Source of the DNA: an uncultured Eubacteriales bacterium | GTDB lineage: Bacteria > Acidobacteriota > Aminicenantia > Aminicenantales > Saccharicenantaceae | DNA length: 64,000 bases | Reading direction: 5' to 3' | Assembly: GCA_964574895.1 (NCBI GenBank) | Contig: CAZNPB010000010.1 | Location: forward strand, 183-64,182 | Part shown: piece after piece, positions 28,122 through 36,463 of the stretch | How the letters are laid out: each line of letters starts with the position of its first letter | Numbering within the stretch: position 1 is the stretch's first letter | Position numbers and translations under genes: made by a program | The notes under the pieces: generated by a model | What the model was told of the DNA's origin: nothing | Database searches by the model: none | The model's input: the letters and a program-made list of their open reading frames with translations, nothing else

Positions 28122-28150
28122 AAGGTAACCGAATCCCCGCGGGGTGTCAA
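28122..28150 (-). promoter_or_regulatory. possible sigma70-like promoter of icd
   Basis: On the minus strand: TTGACA (28150-28145), a 17-nt spacer, then TACCTT (28127-28122). The -10 element is weak. Confidence 0.35.
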
Positions 28151-28246
28151 GGCCGCAAAGGCTTTCTTTATCAGCGATTTGAATATGCCGCGGCGGCCTG
28201 TTCCGCGGCCTTTCCGCCGGCCGGGGCCGGGACCCGTCCGGGGCGG

Positions 28247-29395
28247 CTATTTCGGATAGCCGACCGGGTGGTTGAGGAGCGGGACCTGCGTGTCGGTCAG
28301 CTTGAGCAGCTCCTTGAGCTTGGCCGCGTCCATGCTCGCCCGCGGTCTCGTGGCCAGGCCCGTCCCGGCGCAGAAGACGGCGATGTTCTGCGAGACGATG
28401 CCCGCGTCGAGGGCGCCCAGGCGGAGTTTGACGTCGGTCTCCCCCATCCGGAACTTGCCGATGTCGGTGACCAGGACGAGGAGAACGGGCGCGGGCGCCG
28501 GCGCGGGGCCGGGCTTGGCTTCCGGCTTGGCGGCCGGCAGGCGGGGCGGCGCGATCTCCTGGCGATGGTCCCCGGCCACGACCGGGACCAGGGCCTGGGC
28601 GGCGGCGTCGTACTTATAGGCGCCGGCCTTCAGAAAGACGTAGAGGTCGACGTCCTGGGCGTTCATGGCCGAGGGGGCGGTCCGGCGGCCGTCCGGCCGG
28701 TTGACGCCATTGGCGGCCCAGAGCAGGTCGGACAGGTCCTGCGGCGTGAGGTCCTTGTCGGACCAATCCCGGACCGAGGCCCGCAGGGCCAAGGCCTGCA
28801 TGACCGGCAGCCCGCGGGTCTTGTCGGGGGCATTGAGCTTGATCGTCTCGAGGCCCTGGGTCTGTCCCTCTTTCTTGGGGTCGACCGGATAGCAGAAGAA
28901 CTCGAAGATGGGCTTCCGCTCGGCGCCGTAGACGATGAAGGTGCGTCCGGGCGCCGGCAGGCCGAGGCCCTCGGCGACGGTCTTGAGCTGGGCGGCCATG
29001 CCGTAGCCCTCGGTCACGGCCGGCGACAGCCCGGCATAGGCCCCGGCCAGGAAAGCCTCGTAGGTCACCGGGGTCCCGTCGAAGCTGCCGAGGTCGCGGA
29101 ACTCCTTGACGAACCAGCGGGCGAAGCTGCTGCCGTCCTTGGCGACGTCCCGGACGGTCCTGAAGGTCAGGTCCTTGGTGGCGCCTTCGAGATGGACGAC
29201 CAGGCCGGTGACCGTGTCCCCGTCGAGGACGAAGCGGACGGTCTGGGCCCGGTCGACCTTGTAGGCCCCGTCGTCGTCGTGGACGCGGAACCCCTCGTAG
29301 GCCGTCCCGGCGGGCTGGGCCGGCAGGGAGGCAGCGGCCAGGATCGCGGCGGCGAAGAGCGCGGCCGCCGTTTTGAGCGTGGCGATGATCTTCAT
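28247..29395 (-). CDS. exported two-domain protein: unknown N-terminal domain + nitroreductase-fold C-terminal domain
   Basis: A signal peptide is present (MKIIATLKTAAALFAAAILAAASLPAQ). The C-terminal half (LALRASVRDWSDKDLTPQDLSDLLWAANGVNRPDGRRTAPSAMNAQ...LGALDAGIVSQNIAVF) is nitroreductase/SagB-like. Confidence 0.6.
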   Translation of the reverse strand: MKIIATLKTAAALFAAAILAAASLPAQPAGTAYEGFRVHDDDGAYKVDRAQTVRFVLDGDTVTGLVVHLEGATKDLTFRTVRDVAKDGSSFARWFVKEFRDLGSFDGTPVTYEAFLAGAYAGLSPAVTEGYGMAAQLKTVAEGLGLPAPGRTFIVYGAERKPIFEFFCYPVDPKKEGQTQGLETIKLNAPDKTRGLPVMQALALRASVRDWSDKDLTPQDLSDLLWAANGVNRPDGRRTAPSAMNAQDVDLYVFLKAGAYKYDAAAQALVPVVAGDHRQEIAPPRLPAAKPEAKPGPAPAPAPVLLVLVTDIGKFRMGETDVKLRLGALDAGIVSQNIAVFCAGTGLATRPRASMDAAKLKELLKLTDTQVPLLNHPVGYPK

Positions 29396-29440
29396 GGTCG
29401 GGACTCCTTTCTTCGGTCATCTCGGGATCGAAGGGCGCGT

Positions 29441-30994
29441 CTATTTCGCCCCGTGCTTTTTCAGGAGGTCGATCATCCTCTTGTCGGCGTCGCGTTTGAG
29501 GGCCTGATAGGTGGACTTCGCCCTTTGGAGCGGCGTTTCTCCGTTGCCGTCCTTGGCATTGATGGCGGCGCCCCTGGAGATCAGGAGTTCCACCACGTCC
29601 ATTCGCCCGGTCTGAACCGCCATATGGAGCGGGGCTTGGCCGAATTTGTCCGTGGCATTGACGTCGGCGCCATGGGCGATCAGGGCCAGGGCCAGATCCG
29701 GACGGTACTGGACGGCATTGAACAGGGGCGTCCAACCCATGTTGTTTCTCGCCTCGATATCCGCGCCCTTGGCGACCATCAGACCGGCGACTTTATCGCT
29801 CGCGAGATGCAGGGCCGTCCAGCCCGTGTCGTTCTTCGCGTTGATTTCGGCCCCTTTGTCGAGCAGGAACCCGATGATCTCCGCGTCGCCCCGGGCGGCG
29901 GGACCGAAGAGCGGCGTATCACCGGACTCGTCCTTGGCGTTGATGTCCGCTCCGTGCGCGAGCAGCAGCTCGATGATCCGGACCTGGGACGACTCGACCG
30001 CCTTGAACAGAGGCGGCTTGCCCGAACGGTCCGGAGCGTTGACGTCTCCGCCGGCCGCGATCAGACTCTCGATCTCCCGCTCCTGCTCGAGGTCGACGGG
30101 CTTGGGCGCAGACGCGCCGGCCTCGACGAGCTCGACGATGCCGACGAGGGAGGGGGGCTTCGGGTCCACGGCGATGAGCTCGTAGAGATATTCTCGGGCG
30201 CCTTCCCGATCATAATCGCCGAGCCACGGCTCCTTGTTCCCTTCGATGGGGGCCCCCCAGGTGAAGGACCAATGGACCGTCTCTTTGAGCCTGGGCGGCG
30301 CCAGGGAGACGACCTCGCCCGTCACGTCATAATCATACCGGACGACATAGCTCGTCGACATATCCATATAGTGCGAATACGTGTAGGAATAGAGCCGGCC
30401 GTCGACCTTGACGGGCTCCCACTGCCTCGGTATCGGAGGATGCTGCTCCGGATGATAGGCGTCCGGGTGACGCACCCATCCATTCTCGGCCTGCAGCTCG
30501 CCCGAGACCATCCGGAACGACTCGAGCGGGCCCGCGCCGAGATCCGATGGGCCGCTCAGGACCGTCTGTCCGACCGGTTTTCTGCGAAAACGGCCCGAGG
30601 CCATCATTTCGAGGATCTTGCGGACTTCCGATTCCTGGCCCTGTTGGCCGTTCATCTCATCGATGAGTCCCCTGATCTTGTCGGCGTCGGCGGCGTTCGG
30701 AGCCAATTCGAGGTAACGCTGGAAGCTCTTCTCCGCCTCGGCGTACTTTTTGGCCGCCGTCTGCACCATGCCGAGGGCCCGGACGGCCCCCGGCCAGTCC
30801 GGCGCCAGCCGCGCCGCCTCCTCGAATTCCCAGATGGCCGGGAGATATTCCTGGGCCGACCTGGCCTTCTCCGCGGCCGTCAGGCCGGCATCGAAGTGCC
30901 GCCGGGCCTCGGAGGGGACGCCCTGGCCGAAGACGGCGGCGGTCGCGAGGAAGAGCGCCAAGAGGGCGCCGAGCGCCGGGATCGTTCTTTTCAT
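29441..30994 (-). CDS. exported TPR + ankyrin-repeat protein
   Basis: A signal peptide (MKRTIPALGALLALFLATAAVFG) is followed by N-terminal TPR-like helices and a central unknown beta-rich region. About six C-terminal ANK repeats are present (e.g. GDTPLFGPAARGDAEIIGFLLDKGAEINAKN, GQAPLHMAVQTGRMDVVELLISRGAAINAKD). Confidence 0.75.
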   Translation of the reverse strand: MKRTIPALGALLALFLATAAVFGQGVPSEARRHFDAGLTAAEKARSAQEYLPAIWEFEEAARLAPDWPGAVRALGMVQTAAKKYAEAEKSFQRYLELAPNAADADKIRGLIDEMNGQQGQESEVRKILEMMASGRFRRKPVGQTVLSGPSDLGAGPLESFRMVSGELQAENGWVRHPDAYHPEQHPPIPRQWEPVKVDGRLYSYTYSHYMDMSTSYVVRYDYDVTGEVVSLAPPRLKETVHWSFTWGAPIEGNKEPWLGDYDREGAREYLYELIAVDPKPPSLVGIVELVEAGASAPKPVDLEQEREIESLIAAGGDVNAPDRSGKPPLFKAVESSQVRIIELLLAHGADINAKDESGDTPLFGPAARGDAEIIGFLLDKGAEINAKNDTGWTALHLASDKVAGLMVAKGADIEARNNMGWTPLFNAVQYRPDLALALIAHGADVNATDKFGQAPLHMAVQTGRMDVVELLISRGAAINAKDGNGETPLQRAKSTYQALKRDADKRMIDLLKKHGAK

Positions 30995-31058
30995 GCCGCG
31001 GATCCTTCGTCGATCCGATCGCCGGGCCCGATCCCGGCCGGATGTTCTCGTCATCGCC

Positions 31059-32315
31059 TCACCTGGCGTCCCGGCGAGGCAGGAACTCGATCGGCGTTAT
31101 CAGGAAATGCCTCGAGTCCTCGTAAAAGTCGGCCGGCCCGTAGTCGACGCCCGCCATGTTCTTGGGCAATGAAGACGCCGCCGGGATGAACATGCCGGCC
31201 TTCACCAGGGCCCAGCGCATGGTCTCGGAACAAACCATGTCGCCGTCGCCCCAGACGCCGTAGTCCGTGGTGTCGACCCAGTTGTCGGCCCTCGCGGCGA
31301 ACTCCTTCTGGCTCCTGATCCCGTACCGCCGGGCCGCCGCCCAGAGCAGGTCGGCGTCGAAGCGCGAGAGCGGCCGGGCGACGTCCAGGCCGACGTTCGC
31401 GTATTCGGCCGTGACCTGGGCCTCCGTCTTGATGCGGGTCCCCTGCCCCGGCATGTTGTCCAGGAAGAGCTTGACGCCGTCGACCTCCTTGGCCAGCATG
31501 AACACGTGCGAGGCCCGGCTGCGCGTGGATCCTGTGAAGTACTGATCGGTCCCGATGATCAGAGCGGAGGTGTAGAACCCCAGGCTCGTCTTGTCGTCCG
31601 GCAGCCGGCAGAGCAGCACGTCGCCGACCTTGAGGTCGTCGAACCGCTTGGCCAGCGGCGGCACCTTTCCGGCCTTGACCTTGAAGGTCCGGTCGATGGC
31701 GGCGGCGTCGTCGCTCTGCGGGGCGACGGCGGCGTCGATCGTCCGCTTGATCTCGGACTTGGTGGCCGGCGCCCCGGCGGCCAGTTCGCGGGCGGCCGCC
31801 TCGACCCGGGCCCGGACGGCCGGCGGACGGTCGCCGACGCTCGCCAGGAGCGCCGCCCCGTCGCTCTCGAAGTCGGGCTCGAGGAAGCCGGAGGCCTTGA
31901 GCTCGCGGATGAGCTGCCGCTTCTCGTTCTCGAAGGCCGCCGCGTCGAAGGACGGCCCGGGGGAGGCGCGGCGCGGCGCGGGAGAGGCCGGCCGGGCCGG
32001 CGACGGGGACGCTTTCGCCCTGGCCTTGGCGGCCGAGGCGGAAGGCGTGACGACGGGCGGCCTGTTCTGGTTGGGGCAGGTGCAGATATATTCGACGCCG
32101 CCCCGGACCATGATGACCGCGGTATGGTCGCTATTCCATCTGGCGTCCAGGCTCTTGTCGCGGGCCCAGGCCTCGAGGGTTTCCCGGCACATGGCCTGGG
32201 GCACCTGGGCGGACGCCGGGAACGGGGAAGCCGCCAGGACGGCCAGGACGAGCAGGGGTCCGACGAACATGGGCGCGGCGCGTTTCATGGCGCGACTCCT
32301 TCTTTTCCGCTTCAA
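31059..32315 (-). CDS. exported protein with a C-terminal permuted papain-like (YaeF/YiiX, NlpC/P60 superfamily) amidase-like domain
   Basis: A signal peptide is followed by a Pro/Ala/Ser-rich linker. The C-terminal domain has the His-before-Cys order (SRASHVFMLA ... GDMVCSETMRWAL) seen in permuted papain-fold amidases. The start could be 32315 or 32288. Confidence 0.45.
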   Translation of the reverse strand: MKRKRRSRAMKRAAPMFVGPLLVLAVLAASPFPASAQVPQAMCRETLEAWARDKSLDARWNSDHTAVIMVRGGVEYICTCPNQNRPPVVTPSASAAKARAKASPSPARPASPAPRRASPGPSFDAAAFENEKRQLIRELKASGFLEPDFESDGAALLASVGDRPPAVRARVEAAARELAAGAPATKSEIKRTIDAAVAPQSDDAAAIDRTFKVKAGKVPPLAKRFDDLKVGDVLLCRLPDDKTSLGFYTSALIIGTDQYFTGSTRSRASHVFMLAKEVDGVKLFLDNMPGQGTRIKTEAQVTAEYANVGLDVARPLSRFDADLLWAAARRYGIRSQKEFAARADNWVDTTDYGVWGDGDMVCSETMRWALVKAGMFIPAASSLPKNMAGVDYGPADFYEDSRHFLITPIEFLPRRDAR

Positions 32316-32446
32316 TCCTGCCGGTTATCTTACGTCATGCCGCGCCCGTCGGCAAGAGCCGGGAAAATATTCCGGCCCGCGTCCGGGGGCCGGCGGAGGG
32401 ATGGCGCGACGCCGGGAAGGCGCCGGCGCGGAAAAGGAGAACCAGG

Positions 32447-32887
32447 TCAATTATCGCGGCGGATCTCGACCCGGTCGAGGCCGTTCTCGTTGAATTCCTT
32501 TTCGTACTTCTCGATGAGCGGGCGTTCCCGTTCCATGCCCTTCTCGGTGTAGATCTCGTCCAGCGCCTCGTCGCCGAACTTGCGGGCGTAGTCGCGGTCG
32601 GCCATGCGGTAGATGAGCTGGTCCCAGAAGGAATTGTCGTTGTAGAAATCGACGGCCTCGGCCATCTTCTCCTCGAGCTCGCCGGAGGGGATGGCCTTCT
32701 GGCTCTCCTCGTCGATGTCGACGTAGTCGCCCAGGCCGTGCTTCTGGGCGGCGTCGAGGACGAGGCTCTCGATCTCGTCGTACTCCTCGATGATCTCGTC
32801 CGTGCGCCAGTCGTTGGCCATCCGGTTGCCCAGGTAGACGAGCTTGACCAGGGCCGCCAGCTGTTCTTTGTTCAGTTCGATCTTCAT
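32447..32887 (-). CDS. small acidic cytoplasmic protein, unknown function
   Basis: It is 146 aa, rich in D/E, with no signal peptide and coding-like composition. The ATG at 32887 is preceded by GAGGG. No family was recognised. Confidence 0.5.
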   Translation of the reverse strand: MKIELNKEQLAALVKLVYLGNRMANDWRTDEIIEEYDEIESLVLDAAQKHGLGDYVDIDEESQKAIPSGELEEKMAEAVDFYNDNSFWDQLIYRMADRDYARKFGDEALDEIYTEKGMERERPLIEKYEKEFNENGLDRVEIRRDN

Positions 32888-32975
32888 AGCCCTCAAAATA
32901 TACCACGTTCGCGCCCGGCCGCCAAACCGGTCCGGGCGCGGACCGGGCCCTCTCCGGGGGCCGGGCCGCCCCCCG

Positions 32976-33004
32976 TTGACAGGGTCTCCGGCCGGGGCTA
33001 TAGT
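32976..33004 (+). promoter_or_regulatory. sigma70-like promoter of the creatininase-family/HtrA genes
   Basis: TTGACA (32976-32981), a 17-nt spacer, then TATAGT (32999-33004), about 35 nt before the ATG at 33040. Confidence 0.55.
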
Positions 33005-33039
33005 TCGGGCGCGATCATCCCTGCCGTGGAGGCCCCATC

Positions 33040-33963
33040 ATGAGAACACGACGCCTCGTCCTGGCTGCGGCGCTGGCCGCCGCGCTGGCCTTTCCGGCCT
33101 GGTCCGCCCCGCAGACCGGGCCGCAGGCCGCCGCACCGTCCGTCCATTACGAAGAGCTCGGCGCCCCCGACTTCGTCCGGGCCGTGGCCCGGTCGGGCGG
33201 CGTTTGCCTGGTGCCGCTCGGCATCCTGGAGAAGCACGGCCCCCACCTGCCGGTCGGGACCGATCTGATCGACTGCCGCGAGGTCGCCCGGCGCGCCGCA
33301 GCGGCCGAATACGCCGTCGTCTTCCCGCCCTATTTCGTCGGCCAGATCTTCGAGGCCAGACACCAGCCCGGGACGATCGCCTACGGCAGCCGGATGATGC
33401 TGGATTTCCTCCAGCAGACCTGCGACGAGCTGGCCCGCAACGGCTTCAAGAAGATCGTCCTGGTCAACGGGCACGGCGGCAACGACGCCTTCCTCCACTT
33501 CTTCTGTCAGGCCCAGCTCGAGGCGAGACGCGATTACGTGGTCTACCTGTTCGAGCCGGTCTACGACGCGGCCACCGAAGCCAAGCTGGACAAGATGCGG
33601 AAGACCTCAGTCGACGGGCACGCCGGCGAGGAGGAGACGTCCGTCATGCTGGCCCATCATCCCGGCCTGGTCCGGCTCGACCGGGCCAAGGACGAGAGCG
33701 GCGAGGACCAGAAGCGCCAGGCCGGCCTCAAGCACGCCTACACGGGCATCTGGTGGTACGCCGGACAGCCCAACCACTACCGCGGCGACGGCAGCGCCGG
33801 CAACGCCGCCTTCGGTCAGGCCCTGCTCGAGGCCGAGACCGGGGCCCTGGCCGAGATGATCCGGTCGGTCAAGAAAGACACGGTCACGGCCGAGCTGCAG
33901 AAGCGCTTCTTCGACGACGCCGCCATGCCGCTCGAGACCAAGCCCTTCGTCAAGATCAAGTGA
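33040..33963 (+). CDS. creatininase (creatinine amidohydrolase) family protein with a signal peptide
   Basis: LGILEKHGPHLPVGTDL, NGHGGN and DGHAGEEETS are the metal-binding motifs of the family. The N-terminus MRTRRLVLAAALAAALAFPAWSAP looks like an export signal. Confidence 0.75.
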   Translation: MRTRRLVLAAALAAALAFPAWSAPQTGPQAAAPSVHYEELGAPDFVRAVARSGGVCLVPLGILEKHGPHLPVGTDLIDCREVARRAAAAEYAVVFPPYFVGQIFEARHQPGTIAYGSRMMLDFLQQTCDELARNGFKKIVLVNGHGGNDAFLHFFCQAQLEARRDYVVYLFEPVYDAATEAKLDKMRKTSVDGHAGEEETSVMLAHHPGLVRLDRAKDESGEDQKRQAGLKHAYTGIWWYAGQPNHYRGDGSAGNAAFGQALLEAETGALAEMIRSVKKDTVTAELQKRFFDDAAMPLETKPFVKIK

Positions 33964-33974
33964 CGGGAACGGAC

Positions 33975-35186
33975 ATGAGATCACGGAACCGAAAAGCGTT
34001 CTGCCTGGGCTTGCTGGCTTCGACCCTGGCGCTGTTCGCCTGCGCCGATACGGGAGGGCGGGACGGGGCGCCGCCCCGCGACGGTACGCCCGCCGCCGAC
34101 CCGGCGGCCCTCGGCGCGGTGGCCGCCGGGGGGAACGCGCCGGCGCCGGCGCCGGCCCCCGCGGGAGGGCCGACGTGGGGGGCCCAGGAGGGCCAGTCCC
34201 CCGCCAACGCCCGGCTGACCGAGGACGAACGGAACACCATCGACATCGTCCGACGGACCAAGAACTCGGTCGTCTACGTCACCAACCTCCAGTACGCCCG
34301 CGATTTCTTCTTCACCACCGACGAGCTGGTGCCGCAGGGCAGCGGCTCGGGCTTCGTCTGGGACGACCAGGGGCACATCGTGACCAACTTCCACGTCATC
34401 AACGAGGGCGTCAAGTACATGGTCAGCCTGCCCGACCAGCGGCAGATCGAGGCCACGCTCGTCGGCCGCGACCCCGTGAAGGACATCGCCGTCCTCAAGC
34501 TCGGGCAGCGGGTCGGCGGCCTCGAGCCGGTGGCCATCGGGACGTCGCGGGACCTGCAGGTCGGCCAGAAGGTCATCGCCATCGGCAATCCCTTCGGCTT
34601 CGACCACACGGTCACGACCGGGATCGTCAGCGCCCTGGGCCGGGCCATGCCCGGCGCGGGCGGCTTCACGATCCGGGACATGATCCAGACCGACGCCTCG
34701 ATCAACCCGGGCAATTCGGGGGGGCCGCTGCTGGATTCGGCCGGCGAGCTCGTCGGCATGAACACGATGATCGCCAGCCCCTCGGGAACGTCGAGCGGCA
34801 TCGGCTTCGCCGTGCCCATCGACATCATCCGGAAGATCGTGCCCCAGCTCATCGAGTCCGGCAAGGTCACCCGTCCGGACCTGGGCGGGGTGTCCTTCGT
34901 CCGGGACGAGGTGGCCCGGCGGGCCGGGATCGAGGGAGCGGTCGTCCTCGAGGTGGCCCGCTCGAGCCGGGCCTACGACCAGGGCCTGCGCGGGGTCTAC
35001 AGGGACAGCTTCGGCCGGTTGCTCATCCGGGACGTCATCACCGGCGTGGACGGGACCAAGGTCAGGTCCTACGACGACCTCTTCTCCGCCCTGGACAGCC
35101 ACACGATCGGCGACACGGTCTCGCTGGCGGTCCTGCGCGAAGGCAAGACGCGGACCGTGACGATGCAGCTGGTCGGGACCGACTAA
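33975..35186 (+). CDS. HtrA/DegP-family serine protease with PDZ domain, lipoprotein-type signal
   Basis: Triad contexts TNFHVI, DIAVLK and GNSGGPL are present, with a C-terminal PDZ and a lipobox-like LALFAC. The ATG at 33975 lies inside a longer read-through ORF. Confidence 0.85.
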   Translation: MRSRNRKAFCLGLLASTLALFACADTGGRDGAPPRDGTPAADPAALGAVAAGGNAPAPAPAPAGGPTWGAQEGQSPANARLTEDERNTIDIVRRTKNSVVYVTNLQYARDFFFTTDELVPQGSGSGFVWDDQGHIVTNFHVINEGVKYMVSLPDQRQIEATLVGRDPVKDIAVLKLGQRVGGLEPVAIGTSRDLQVGQKVIAIGNPFGFDHTVTTGIVSALGRAMPGAGGFTIRDMIQTDASINPGNSGGPLLDSAGELVGMNTMIASPSGTSSGIGFAVPIDIIRKIVPQLIESGKVTRPDLGGVSFVRDEVARRAGIEGAVVLEVARSSRAYDQGLRGVYRDSFGRLLIRDVITGVDGTKVRSYDDLFSALDSHTIGDTVSLAVLREGKTRTVTMQLVGTD

Positions 35187-36307
35187 CGCAGGACGGACCC
35201 GAGTCCGTCCTCCAGGACCCGGGCCCGGTCGGGCAGGCCCTCGACCGCGACCGCCTTCGCCGGGTCGATCTCGGCTTGGCTCTGGAGGATGGCCGATATG
35301 GCGGCCAGATGCCGGGCCACCCGCTCGTCGAGGGGAACGCCCTTTTCGTCGTAGGGGACGAACAGCCGCCCCAGCCGCGAAGCCCTGAGGTAGGCCTTGT
35401 CCTTGCCCTCGACGACGAGGGCGGCGGTCGTCCGCCCTTTCAGCCGACCCTGAACGGGATTCGGCGTTTCGATCAGAATGGCCTTGATCCCCGCCGCGTC
35501 GCCCCACTCCCGGTGGCTCAGGCCCCGCAGGTTCTGCGGCGAAGCCTCGAGCCGGAACTCGAGCCCCTCGGCCTGGAGCGACATCTGGGCCAGGGCGGCC
35601 AGCTCGGCGCTGTCGTCGTGAAAGACGATGGCGTTGATGACCGGGTACTCGGGAGCAGACTCGTGAAGGTCGATCCCGAGATCGACCCGTTCCTGGCGGA
35701 TGACCTCCATGATCCCGAAGGCCGTCCGCTCCGTCAGGTAGCCCCGCGGCCGTCCGGGATAACAACGGTTGAGGTTGCGCACCTCTGAGGCCGAGAGCAT
35801 CTGCCCGGCCGGGTTCTCGTACAACGTCGGGTCCGGCCACTGGTGGACGGGGTTGGTCAGCCGCGATCCCAGGCGGAACTGCCGGGGCCCGCTCCGCGAC
35901 GGGATCGTGAATCGCTGCGGGTTGGCTTCCTGGGGATCATTGCAGGTGAAGCCGCTGGCGTTGGCCCGGGGGATGACGACGACCTTTCCCCGGAGCGCAC
36001 GGAGGTTTTCGACCAGGACGACGGCGGCGACGAAGCCGGCCGGCTCGTTGGGATGGGAGCCGCCGGTGATGAGCACCGTCCCCCCGGCCTGCGGGCCTTC
36101 GAAGACGTAGACGTCGGTGTCGCCGGGCGTGCCGGCCAGGGGCGAGAAATAGTCGCTGAGGCGCGCCTGCCGTGTCAGGCCGGGACCGGGATGGATGGCC
36201 TCCGCCGCCCTCATGCTCAGGAACGAGCGGCCAGCCAGGATCGCCGCGGCGGCGCCAAGGGCCAGGAGCCCGGCGGTCGTCAGGAGAGAAGTCCGTCTTG
36301 CCTTCAT
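35183..36307 (-). CDS. succinylglutamate desuccinylase/aspartoacylase (M14-like deacylase) family protein, N-terminally anchored or secreted
   Basis: GGSHPNEPAG (HxxE zinc site) and DLHES (second His) are present. An N-terminal hydrophobic segment (LLTTAGLLALGAAAAILAG) is also present. Confidence 0.65.
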   Translation of the reverse strand: MKARRTSLLTTAGLLALGAAAAILAGRSFLSMRAAEAIHPGPGLTRQARLSDYFSPLAGTPGDTDVYVFEGPQAGGTVLITGGSHPNEPAGFVAAVVLVENLRALRGKVVVIPRANASGFTCNDPQEANPQRFTIPSRSGPRQFRLGSRLTNPVHQWPDPTLYENPAGQMLSASEVRNLNRCYPGRPRGYLTERTAFGIMEVIRQERVDLGIDLHESAPEYPVINAIVFHDDSAELAALAQMSLQAEGLEFRLEASPQNLRGLSHREWGDAAGIKAILIETPNPVQGRLKGRTTAALVVEGKDKAYLRASRLGRLFVPYDEKGVPLDERVARHLAAISAILQSQAEIDPAKAVAVEGLPDRARVLEDGLGSVLR

Positions 36308-36311
36308 GGAT

Positions 36312-36455
36312 TCACTTGATCAGGAACAGGCGGAGAGCGAAGAGCACCAGGACGACGATCGGGCCGATCCGGTCCCGGAGCCTCTTCTGCCCGAAGACGC
36401 CGAGGACGATGAGCGCGCCAAAATAAAGGAGGATGAGGCGGTAGACGATGTCCAT
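36312..36455 (-). CDS. 47-aa two-TM membrane peptide (hypothetical)
   Basis: The translation is MDIVYRLILLYFGALIVLGVFGQKRLRDRIGPIVVLVLFALRLFLIK. It fits exactly between the DctM-like gene and the deacylase gene, and a GAGGAG-like SD lies just upstream. Confidence 0.45.
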   Translation of the reverse strand: MDIVYRLILLYFGALIVLGVFGQKRLRDRIGPIVVLVLFALRLFLIK

Positions 36456-36463
36456 GCTCTCCT

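Noticed and set aside
25927-28128. 733-aa ORF antisense to icd
   Set aside because: It is an antisense artefact opposite a highly conserved monomeric IDH sequence.
28268-31189. 973-aa ORF spanning the antisense strand of the nitroreductase-fusion and ankyrin genes
   Set aside because: It crosses two real genes and an intergenic gap. Its composition is low-complexity, and it has no start context.
32844-33974. N-terminal 377 codons of the 780-aa ORF that ends as HtrA
   Set aside because: This part overlaps, in another frame, the well-supported creatininase-family gene and is Arg/Pro/Gly-rich. The HtrA gene starts at the ATG at 33975 with a proper lipoprotein signal.
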